From positions 256,001 to 320,000 of the forward strand of contig CAXXYE010000008.1 of assembly GCA_963674865.2 (NCBI GenBank): 64,000 nucleotides of DNA. The letters are read 5' to 3'. Within the stretch, counting starts at the first letter, position 1, and every line of letters starts with the position of its first letter. The notes below the pieces were generated by a model. That model saw nothing but the letters and a program-made list of their open reading frames with translations, did not search any database and was not told the origin of the DNA. Shown here piece by piece: positions 30,075 to 38,666 of this stretch. Origin of the DNA: Candidatus Hydrogenedentota bacterium (GTDB taxonomy: Bacteria; Hydrogenedentota; Hydrogenedentia; Hydrogenedentales; SLHB01). Made by a program: the position numbers and the translations under genes.

Positions 30075-30362
30075 TCACTCAATTACGGCGAGGACATCCT
30101 CCTCACGGATTATCAAATGGTCCTCGCCCTTCACCTTTATTTCTGTGCCTGAATACTTTCCGATGAGGACTCGGCTGCCCTTTCTGACATCCACGGGCAC
30201 ACGTTTTCCGGAGTCGTTCAGACATCCCGGGCCCACAGCCACGACCTCGGCTTCTTGCTGTATTTCTCTGGCGGTGTCGGGAATGACGATCCCGCCTCGG
30301 CTAGTGTCTTCGGATTCCACTCGCTTAACGAGTATCCGGTCCGCTAGAGGCTTGATTCTCAT
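30075..30362 (-). CDS. groES: Co-chaperonin GroES
   Basis: MRIKPLADRILVK, GGIVIPDTA, VVAVGPG, KYSGTEI. Confidence 0.98.
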   Translation of the reverse strand: MRIKPLADRILVKRVESEDTSRGGIVIPDTAREIQQEAEVVAVGPGCLNDSGKRVPVDVRKGSRVLIGKYSGTEIKVKGEDHLIIREEDVLAVIE

Positions 30363-30412
30363 TGCCTTTCCTCATCTGCTTCTTGATCTCAAAGTCCAAT
30401 GCTATCCAGAAA

Positions 30413-30452
30413 GAGTAAAACTGAGGGAAAGGCACGGTGAAGATTCGGCAAC
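30413..30452 (-). promoter_or_regulatory. 11-bp-periodic boxes upstream of groES, site F (degenerate)
   Basis: GTTGCCG/TTCACCG/TTTCCCT/TTTACTC at 11-bp spacing. Confidence 0.4.
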
Positions 30453-30551
30453 GATACATGGACAGAGGGGGTGCGCCGTGCTTTCTTCGGCCTCTGACCT
30501 CGCGCCGGAGGAATTCGGAATCGGGCCGCAGCGTCGGCCAATCCGCCATCA

Positions 30552-30580
30552 TTTACCGAACTTTTGCCCGCTCTTTGCCC
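30552..30580 (+). promoter_or_regulatory. 11-bp-periodic boxes, site E
   Basis: TTTACCG/TTTGCCC/TTTGCCC, very similar to site C. Confidence 0.65.
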
Positions 30581-30714
30581 ACATTTCATGTAACGACGGC
30601 ATACTCTGATTATGCGGCTGGCTAGTTCCGTCGCGTATCAATCTTCATCTTGGAGGGTTTTTGGAGTGAAGGAAAGAAGTGCAGTGGCGAAGACACGAGG
30701 CGCGGAGCCTGCGA

Positions 30715-30908
30715 TCACAGAGGTACTTGACACGTACAAGAAGATCATTGGACAGGACAGCATTCTCGTATCTTCGACCGGCGGTGATCTCTTCCGGTTC
30801 TTGAATGACGCATCAGGGAGCAGAGCGAAGGATAGCGGGTTCGCAAATATGGTGGCGAGTGCAGAAATACAGGCCGCAGCAGCCAACCAAAATGATGACG
30901 CTCGTTGA
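30715..30908 (+). pseudogene. HflC-like C-terminal remnant
   Basis: VLDTYKKIIGQDSILVSSTGGDLFRFL resembles the HflC C-terminus. Confidence 0.45.
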
Positions 30909-30922
30909 TTGGGGAGGGCGAC

Positions 30923-31624
30923 ATGGAAGCCAAGGAGACCGGTGAGCGGCGTAAGACCCTTCGAGTTCGGATCGCGCGACGGTTCATTTCCGGGATCGCG
31001 GTTCTTATTCCTCTCGGGATCACGCTGTTTGCACTGTCAATTGTATTCAAGGCAACCGTTGGCGTCTCGGCATCATTCCTCGGCCTGTTTCTGGGCGACC
31101 TGCCCAGAAATATTGTCATAATACTCTCAGTCCTCTTCAGCGTTGGCGTTGTTTATATTGCCGGACTCCTGGCCTCACATGTGGTCGGGCGGAAAGTGAT
31201 AGCGCTGGGGGAGGTCCTTGTGGCCCAGATCCCCGTGGTGAAGACAATCTACGCAACCTCCAAGCAAGTGATTGAGATGTTCCAGGGGCACTCAAACTCC
31301 CAGACTAGAAAGGTGGTACTTGTCGAGTATCCTACGCCAGGACTGAAGGCCTTTGGATTCCTCACGGGGCGCATCACCATGCCGGACGCCACGGAATACT
31401 TCAAAATATTCATTCCCACTGCGCCCAATCCCACCTCAGGCTACTTTCAACTCGTACCGATCAGCCGTTGTGAAGTGCTGGATATGTCGACCGAGGAGGC
31501 CTTCCGAATTATCATATCCGTCGGTATTCTCGCTCCACCGTGTCTGCAAGCTTCGGCAACAGAATTCATGCCTGGCTATGTGCCAATAGAAGTCACTGCT
31601 GATATGTCTTCACGCTCGGGATAG
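30923..31624 (+). CDS. DUF502 membrane protein
   Basis: FISGIAVLIPL, IPVVKTIY, VVLVEYP, FIPTAPNPTSGY. Confidence 0.92.
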   Translation: MEAKETGERRKTLRVRIARRFISGIAVLIPLGITLFALSIVFKATVGVSASFLGLFLGDLPRNIVIILSVLFSVGVVYIAGLLASHVVGRKVIALGEVLVAQIPVVKTIYATSKQVIEMFQGHSNSQTRKVVLVEYPTPGLKAFGFLTGRITMPDATEYFKIFIPTAPNPTSGYFQLVPISRCEVLDMSTEEAFRIIISVGILAPPCLQASATEFMPGYVPIEVTADMSSRSG

Positions 31625-31774
31625 GAGATGATGCGACAGATTGACGACTTAGAAGGCCATGATGTTATGAGTTGCTATTGAAAGAGCGGGCAAGACAACT
31701 GTGGTCATCGGATGTGCCGGGCCAGTTGCGGTGTCGGCAGAGATCGTAGATGCCCGCATCAAAGGAGTCTGTTG

Positions 31775-31918
31775 ATGGGAGACAAGGGCCAGAAGGACAA
31801 GGACAAGGGCCGGAAACAGAAAGCTGCAAAGGTTGCAGCAATTGAGAAGAAGAAACGGGATGGACAAGAGACAGGGAGGCATGAGCCGCCAAAGACGAAG
31901 GTCCGATCGTTGCCGTGA
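31775..31918 (+). CDS. Small lysine-rich protein
   Basis: AAAGGAG RBS; MGDKGQKDKDKGRKQKAAK... Confidence 0.55.
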   Translation: MGDKGQKDKDKGRKQKAAKVAAIEKKKRDGQETGRHEPPKTKVRSLP

Positions 31919-32027
31919 ACTGACGCAGTTCATGGAGTCCAACCAGGCCCCCCGCGCTGCGGGGCCCGCTTCGCGCAAGGTACCGCTTTGCCGTTTGCGA
32001 CTGTTTAAGCCTGTCAGGGAAAAGCTC

Positions 32028-32517
32028 ATGAGCAAGAACATGCGCGCCGTAGCGGTCGAAGAGGCCACGCTCGATAGCATTTGACAGCTTGGCCTTGGAG
32101 CATATGGGCATGCTGTACGCGTTGGCGTTGCGTTTCACGCGCAACAAGGCCGACGGCCAAGACCTGATCCAGAACACCGTGGTGAAGGCCTTGCGCTTCC
32201 ACGGGAGGTTCGAGAAAGGCACTTACATCAAGGCGTAGTTGCTCACGATTCTGCGCAACACCTTCATCAACGACTGCCGCCGTAAGACCCGTCGGCCAGC
32301 TCTTGTCGAGCTGACCGGTACCGAAGCGGCCAAGTCGTCAGCTCCCGACCTGGAGGTTGCCTACGAGGCCTCTGAAGACGGATCTACACGTCTCATGGAG
32401 TTGCTCGATGACGAGGTGCGACCGGCAGTCGACTCGCTGCCAGACAAGTTCAAGGCCGCCGTCATCATAAGGTACGTGGAGGGCAAGTCATACAAGGAGA
32501 TTGCCGTCGCCTTATGA
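32028..32517 (+). pseudogene. ECF sigma factor (SigH/SigR-like), disrupted
   Basis: LYALALRFTRNKADGQDLIQNT...KA*LLTILRNTFIN...LPDKFK...SYKEIA*. Frameshift near 32075, TAG at 32236-32238, truncated in region 4. Confidence 0.88.
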
Positions 32518-32665
32518 GAGATTCCCCGCCAAGCTGATGAGTGGCTTGCGACGTCCCCACAAGCTGCTGCAGAGCCTGCCCAGAATGCGTGGAATGGAAT
32601 AGAATTCCCGGCTGCACGAGACCATTTCGTGGATGATTTCATCCAGAGACAAATGCTTTGACTTT
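32513..32665 (-). pseudogene. Possible C-terminal remnant of a radical SAM protein
   Basis: KHLSLDEIIHEMVSCSREFYSIPRILGRL...PLISLAGNLS* resembles B12 radical SAM tails. Confidence 0.3.
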
Positions 32666-32934
32666 GACGATGCTGACCAGTGGATTCGAGGGCTTGATCA
32701 GACATAGTCGCATGGCGTGCATCGCCTCACGCATCGGGAGTCGGTTTTTCTGCTTCTCTTCCTCCGTGCTACTCTAATGAATGGATTACCGCAACGGTTC
32801 TATCCGTTGGCTTAACGATGGGGACGCCCTGAGCGAACAGGTAGTCACAGAAGCCTGTCTGTAAGGGAAAAACGTCGCCGGCCCTGGAACATCCTCAGTA
32901 GCTTCATGCGCCAAGGCGCGCCGGAGAAGAACAA

Positions 32935-33663
32935 ATGGCAGAGAAAGAACATCTCTTGATTCTGAGACAGGGCATAGACGCGTGGAATACCTGGCGCAAG
33001 GGGAATCCGGATATTCGACCGGACCTTCACGGGGCGCTACTCATAGGAACTCAACTCGCGGGCGTGTACCTTTCCGAGGCGGATCTTGCCAAGGCGAATC
33101 TCGCCAGGGCAAACCTCGCCAGGGCGAACCTTGCCAAAGTGCTGCTTGCCGGCGCAAACGTCCCTGAGGCGGACCTCACCTACGCACACCTTACCAAGGC
33201 GGACCTCCGTGAGGCGAACCTTCAGGGTGCGAATCTTACGGAGGCCAACCTTACCTGGGCGGACCTCCGCGGGGCGGACCTTTCCGGAGCGAATCTCACC
33301 AAGGCAAACCTTCGCAGGGCCGACCTTCGCAGGGCGGACCTCCGCGGGGCGACCCTTACCGAAGCAGACCTCCGCGGGGTGTCCCTCACAGCAGCAAACC
33401 TCCACGGGGCCAACCTCGCCAAAGCGGACCTCCACACGGCAGATCTTGTCGAGGCGGTTTTTATTCAGGCAAACCTCGACGGGGCGAACCTGCGTAAGGC
33501 GGACCTAACCAAGGCAGACCTCAAGGGGGCACACCTCACCAACGCAGACCTCACTCAGGCAAACCTTGATGGTGCTGACCTCCAAGGGGCGGACCTCACA
33601 AACGCGAACCTCGTTGCGGCGAAGCTTGACCAAGCGCTCAATATGGAGAAGACGAGGAAGTGA
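32935..33663 (+). CDS. Pentapeptide repeat protein
   Basis: N-terminal EHL-IL-QG-DAWN-WR-NP-IRPDL followed by a long A(D/N)Lxx array. Confidence 0.95.
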   Translation: MAEKEHLLILRQGIDAWNTWRKGNPDIRPDLHGALLIGTQLAGVYLSEADLAKANLARANLARANLAKVLLAGANVPEADLTYAHLTKADLREANLQGANLTEANLTWADLRGADLSGANLTKANLRRADLRRADLRGATLTEADLRGVSLTAANLHGANLAKADLHTADLVEAVFIQANLDGANLRKADLTKADLKGAHLTNADLTQANLDGADLQGADLTNANLVAAKLDQALNMEKTRK

Positions 33664-33672
33664 GGCCTGGCC

Positions 33673-33780
33673 GTGCTGGTTGAGTCTGCGCCCAAGCGAC
33701 AGCGCGAGATGACTTGGAAGATGTTTCTTAAGGCGCATTGGGAGGCCCCGGGCGCCGTGGATTTCACGAGCGCGAAGTGT
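33673..33780 (+). mobile_element. Internal fragment of an integrase-core transposase
   Basis: ESAPKRQREMTWKMFLKAHWE...AVDFT, the same region as TWRAFLKNHA...SIDF in the neighbouring IS. Confidence 0.65.
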
Positions 33781-33816
33781 GGGCACTTGGCGGTTTGCCT
33801 CGATGAGAAGGTAATG

Positions 33817-34365
33817 TCAAGAGCTGACCTTGCTATTCATGGGATTTGGCCTGGCTTTGGTTTCCGGTCTGCTGATTTCCCGCTCGGCCTGCTCCCAGTC
33901 TTGAAGGGATCCGCCGTCCCGGCGGCCTCGCCGCTCGTAGAGTTCATAGGCTCGTGTCGCGACCTGCGGCCTCAAGTCGACTGCTCTTGGGGCCAACAGA
34001 GGCGCGGCACTTGGGTCGAACACCCGGTTTGCAAGTAGCTTCACGCGATCGCTCACGAGGAACCACACCAGCGCATAGGCCCAGACGAACAGCGCCCAAG
34101 TCCAGCCGAGCGGTGTCATAAACAATCCATAAACCGCGATCAGAGTCGCTACCACTTGCGTGCCGAAGACCGCCAGCAGCAGAATCCGTGCGGGACGTAT
34201 CGACCAAAAAGGCCCGCGCGTGCGCGCGAGGAAAATTGTCAGGTGCCCGGCCACGGACAGCATCAGGTACATCAACGTTTGGATGTGTGCACGATCGAGG
34301 TGATAGGCTCGTTCGCCGATATAGAACAGTCCAAATGCCGCCACGGGCCCGATGACGCCCTCGGC
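33817..34365 (-). pseudogene. C-terminal fragment of a P-type IIIA H+-ATPase with DUF2934-like tail
   Basis: IQTLMYLMLSVAGHLTIFLARTRGPFWS...DRVKLL, then VATRAYELYERRGR-DG-QDWEQAEREI. 5' part cut at the IS left end. Confidence 0.85.
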
Positions 34366-34374
34366 CCAACTCGT

Positions 34375-35670
34375 TGTATTGCGACGTCATTTGTCACTCT
34401 TTCCGCTCATGAAATCTTGCTCTTGGGTGCGCTATCGGAGTGGCAATGACTGAATTGATGAAGCTGTGTATGGGCTTCTTGGCGGCGGCGCTGAAGTCTC
34501 GCGCCGCGCTTCGAGCAGAGAACCTGGCGTTGCGGCATCAACTGTGCGTGCTTCAACGTAGCGTGAAGAAACCGAAGGTGAAGCCGGTTGAGCGGATTCT
34601 TCGGAGCTTTCTGGCAAAAGCCTGGACGGGATGGAAAGACGCGCTCGTCTTCGTGAAGCCGGGTACGATAGTTCGCTGGCAGCGCAAGCGCCTCAAGGAG
34701 CATTGGCGGAAGTTGTCTCAGTCCGGTGAGCCCGGTCGTCCTCCCGTCGCGGAAGAAGTATGAGAACTGATTCGCACCATGTCGTCGATGAAGCCAACGT
34801 GGGCCTCGCCGCGTATCGTAGGTGAACTGGCAAAGCTCGGCATCTCGGTCGATAGGTCAACCGTGGACAAGTACAAGGTACGCGTCCCCAAGCCGCCATC
34901 TCCGACCTGGCGGGCGTTCCTCAAGAACCATGCAAGGGAGATCGTGTCCATCGATTTCATGGTGGTGCCCACTGTCAGGTTCCAAGTTCTGTACGTGTTG
35001 CTCTTTCTGTCAATCAAGCGTCGTCGGATCATTCACTTCGCGGTAACGAAACATCCGACTGCGGCAGGGCCGGCACAGCAAGTCGTGGAGGCATTTCCTT
35101 GGGACACCTCGCCGAAGTATCTCCTCCGCGACCGTGACAAGCTCTATGGCGATTGGTTTCGACGGTGGGTCAAGAACATGGTTATCGAGGAAGTGCTCAC
35201 GGCACCGTATAGCCCCTGGAAGAAACCGTATTCTGAAAGACTCAACGGATCCATTCGGCGAGAGTGTTTGGCCCACGTCATCGTCTTCAGCGAAGACCAT
35301 CTGAGAAGAGTCATTGCCGACTACGTCGCGTATTACAGTGAGTCCCGAACACACCTATCCCTTGAGATGGACAGGCCGGTCACACGTCCGGTTCAGGCGC
35401 CCAATCAAGGCCAAGTTGTCTCGCTCCGCCAAGTCGGCGGGCTTCACCACCGATACGAACGCCGCGCCGCATAGCCCATAAGGGCGACGTTGCCCCTCCC
35501 TCGCACCTCATTCCGACAGCGGAAGCCGGGAGGTCGTGTCGATGCTGCCAGCGGTGTTCCCAATTACCGTGCCGATGGACAATCCCCCGACGCCGAACCT
35601 GACTCTCTGACCATGGAGTTTCGCATAGCGCACGGGATAAGGCAGGCCGGACGGGTTTTGCGCAAGGACA
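34375..35670 (+). mobile_element. Integrase-core (IS481/IS3-like) insertion sequence; transposase 34446-35474 has an internal TGA
   Basis: AENLALRHQL, PGTIVRWQR, EEV*ELIR (TGA 34761-34763), SIDF, LLRDRD, SERLNGSIRRECL, VGGLHHRY. Ends TGT...ACA with imperfect inverted match. Confidence 0.88.
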
Positions 35671-35747
35671 ACATAGTGTATGATGATGTCAGTTGGTTTT
35701 GCCTGGGTCAAGGGACGCCAGTGGTGTATGCCGCATAGGAGGTGACC

Positions 35748-38666
35748 ATGGCCACGAGAAAGCGGGGGAAAGCGAAGAAAGACCAGAAGCCCGTCAAATC
35801 CAAGCCAATCGAGAAACAGGAGAAGGTCGAGAAAGCGATGGATGGGTTTCCAATCGTGGGCATCGGCGCATCGGCCGGGGGACTGGCGGCGTTTGAAGCT
35901 TTCTTCTCAGGCATGCCCGCCGACATCGACCCCGGCATGGCCTTTGTCCTAGTGCAGCATCTGGCCCCAGATCACAAGAGCATTCTCACCGAACTCATCC
36001 GGCGATACACCCGCATGCAGGTCTTCGAGGTCGAGGACGGGATGGCGGTTCAGCCCAACTGCGCCTACATCATTCCGCCCAACCGCGACATGGCCTTCTT
36101 GAACGGCGCACTCCAATTGCTGGAACCCGCCATGCCCCGTGGCCAGCGCCTGCCGATTGACTTCTTCTTTCGTTCCCTGGCCCAGGACCAGCGCGAGCGG
36201 GCCATCTGCGTGGTGCTCTCGGGCACGGGCAGCGACGGCACGCAAGGCGTACGCGCGATCAAAGGCGAGGGCGGTATGGTCATGGCGCAGAGCCCCGAAT
36301 CCACCGAGTACGACGGCATGCCGCGCAGCGCCATCGCCACGGGCCTCGTGGACTACGAACTTCCCCCCGCGGAAATGCCCGCCCAACTCATGGCCTATGT
36401 GTCCCATGCCTTCGACAATGCGGTCCGGACGGCGTCCTCTCCGTCGTCCAAAGCAGAAGCCGCGATGAAGAAGGTCTTCATCCTGCTGCGCGCCCAGACC
36501 GGACACGATTTCTCTCAGTTCAAACCGAGCACTATGGGGCGGCGCATTGAGCGGCGCATGGCCGTCCACCAGATTGAAGAGATTGACGGATACGTCAAGT
36601 ATCTGCAGCAGACTCCGGATGAAGTGGAAGCGCTCTTTCGCGACCTGTTGATCGGTGTGACGAACTTCTTCCGCGATCCAGAGGCCTTCCAGGCGCTGGA
36701 GAAGGAGGTCATCCCACGGCTTTTCGCCGGCAAGCCCGCGGGTGCCATAGTTCGTGTCTGGGTGCCGGGATGCTCCACGGGCGAAGAGGCCTATTCCATC
36801 GCCATCCTTTTGCAGGAACGCCTGGAGGCGCTGAAGCAGGGCCACAAAATACAGGTCTTCGCCACCGATATTGACAGCCAGGCGATTGCCACGGGCCGGG
36901 CCGGCCTCTATCCAGCCAGCATCGCTGCCGATATCTCGCCGGAACGGCTGGAGCGCTTTTTTGCGGCCGAGGCCGGCGGCGCGGACGGGAGTCCCAGTGC
37001 GTACCGCATCCAGAAAGGCGTCCGCGACTTGCTGGTGTTTTCCGAACAGGACGTGATCAAGGACCCCCCGTTCTCCAAACTCGACTTGATCAGTTGCCGC
37101 AACCTCCTGATCTACATGGGCGGCGAATTGCAGAAGAAGCTCATCCCCCTATTCCACTATGCCCTCAGCCCGGGAGGTTTTCTCTTCCTGGGCACCTCGG
37201 AATCCGTGGGAGAATATGGCGATCTGTTTGCCACGCTGGACCGTAAATCAAAGCTGTATCAGCGTAAAGAGGTCTTTCCCGGCGCACAGCGCCCGGCCAT
37301 GGCCCGATTTCTTCCCCCTATGACGGCGAGAGAAGAGGCGGTGTCAGGGGCTGGCGAAAAGAAGGGCGCCCCTGGGAAACTGCCGCTGCGCGAGTTGACC
37401 GAACAGGCGCTCCTACGGCAGGTGGCCCCGGCCGCTGCGCTCGTCAACGGCCACGGCGATATCCTCTATCTCCACGGCCGAACCGGGATGTATCTGGAAC
37501 CGGCCCCAGGCGAAACCAGCGTCAACAACATCCTGAAGATGGCCCGCGAAGGCTTGCGGCACGACCTGACGGCCGCCTTGCATCAAGCCGCGCAGAACAA
37601 GGAGACGGTGTGCTGTCCGGGCGTGCGCGTCAAGACGAACGGTGATCACACCGCGGTGAACCTGACCATCCGCCCGTTGGCGGCGGGCCTTGACGGGGCG
37701 CCTGAGCCGCCCTTGTACCTGATTGTCCTGGAGGAAGCGCCGCCGTTGGATCCCGAACAGACGCGGCAGGCCACCTCCCAGGCCGTCGTGGACGCGGACG
37801 GCCCCGATACGGACGCGGAGGGGCGCATCGCGGCGCTCCGGCAGGAGTTGCGCACCAAAGAAGAATACCTCCAGTCCACCAATGAGGAATTGGAGACTGC
37901 CAACGAAGAACTCAAATCTTCGAACGAGGAGATGCAATCCGTCAACGAGGAATTGCAGTCCACCAATGAGGAGTTGGAGACCTCGAAGGAGGAATTGCAG
38001 TCCGTCAATGAGGAACTGGCCACGGTCAATGCCGAACTGCAAACCAAGGTTGCGGATCTATCGCGGGCCAACAACGACATGAACAACCTGCTGTCCGGCA
38101 CCGGCATCGCCACCGTTTTCGTGGACCATCAACTGCGCATCCTGCGGTTCACCCCCACGGCCACCCAGATCATCAACCTGATCCCGAGCGACGTTGGGCG
38201 GCCCGTGGGCCACATCGTCTCCAATCTGGCGGATTATGATGGACTCGTGGCGGACACGCGGGCCGTGCTGGATACACTGGTTCCCAAAGAGAAGGAGGTG
38301 CAGACCCAGTCGGGCTCGTGGTACGCGATGCGCATCCAGCCGTACCGCACGCTCGACAACGTGATCGAGGGCGCGGTGATCACCTTTGTCGACATCACCG
38401 AGACGAAAAAGATTCAGGAAGCACTGCACGAGGCGTCCAACGAAATCCGGACCCTCCACGGCATCCTTCCCATCTGTTCACACTGCAAGAAGATCCGCGA
38501 CGACCGGGGCCGCTGGAACCAGATGGAGGACTATGTCAGTGGTCATAGTGAAGCCGATTTCAGCCACGGCATCTGCCCGGAATGCGCGAAGAGACTGTAT
38601 CCCGAGTTCGAGCAAGACGAAGGCGAAAGCGGGAGCCAGCCGCAGTCCCCGGGAAACGCGATATGA
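35748..38666 (+). CDS. CheB-CheR fusion protein with PAS and C-terminal Cys-rich domain
   Basis: GASAGG, QHL, GSDG (CheB); VTNFFRD, GCSTGEEAYS, CRNLLIY (CheR); EELxSxNEEL coiled coil; LPICSHCKKIR...SHGICPEC. Confidence 0.95.
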   Translation: MATRKRGKAKKDQKPVKSKPIEKQEKVEKAMDGFPIVGIGASAGGLAAFEAFFSGMPADIDPGMAFVLVQHLAPDHKSILTELIRRYTRMQVFEVEDGMAVQPNCAYIIPPNRDMAFLNGALQLLEPAMPRGQRLPIDFFFRSLAQDQRERAICVVLSGTGSDGTQGVRAIKGEGGMVMAQSPESTEYDGMPRSAIATGLVDYELPPAEMPAQLMAYVSHAFDNAVRTASSPSSKAEAAMKKVFILLRAQTGHDFSQFKPSTMGRRIERRMAVHQIEEIDGYVKYLQQTPDEVEALFRDLLIGVTNFFRDPEAFQALEKEVIPRLFAGKPAGAIVRVWVPGCSTGEEAYSIAILLQERLEALKQGHKIQVFATDIDSQAIATGRAGLYPASIAADISPERLERFFAAEAGGADGSPSAYRIQKGVRDLLVFSEQDVIKDPPFSKLDLISCRNLLIYMGGELQKKLIPLFHYALSPGGFLFLGTSESVGEYGDLFATLDRKSKLYQRKEVFPGAQRPAMARFLPPMTAREEAVSGAGEKKGAPGKLPLRELTEQALLRQVAPAAALVNGHGDILYLHGRTGMYLEPAPGETSVNNILKMAREGLRHDLTAALHQAAQNKETVCCPGVRVKTNGDHTAVNLTIRPLAAGLDGAPEPPLYLIVLEEAPPLDPEQTRQATSQAVVDADGPDTDAEGRIAALRQELRTKEEYLQSTNEELETANEELKSSNEEMQSVNEELQSTNEELETSKEELQSVNEELATVNAELQTKVADLSRANNDMNNLLSGTGIATVFVDHQLRILRFTPTATQIINLIPSDVGRPVGHIVSNLADYDGLVADTRAVLDTLVPKEKEVQTQSGSWYAMRIQPYRTLDNVIEGAVITFVDITETKKIQEALHEASNEIRTLHGILPICSHCKKIRDDRGRWNQMEDYVSGHSEADFSHGICPECAKRLYPEFEQDEGESGSQPQSPGNAI

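Noticed and set aside
33080..33620. CRISPR-like or tandem DNA repeats
   Set aside because: The 15-bp periodicity is explained by pentapeptide coding; no spacers and no cas genes.
35656..35684. Hybrid promoter formed by the IS end for cheBR
   Set aside because: TATGAT is present, but the candidate -35 elements have poor sequence or 15-bp spacing.
37860..38040. 21-bp periodic repeats
   Set aside because: Coding heptads of the CheBR coiled coil.
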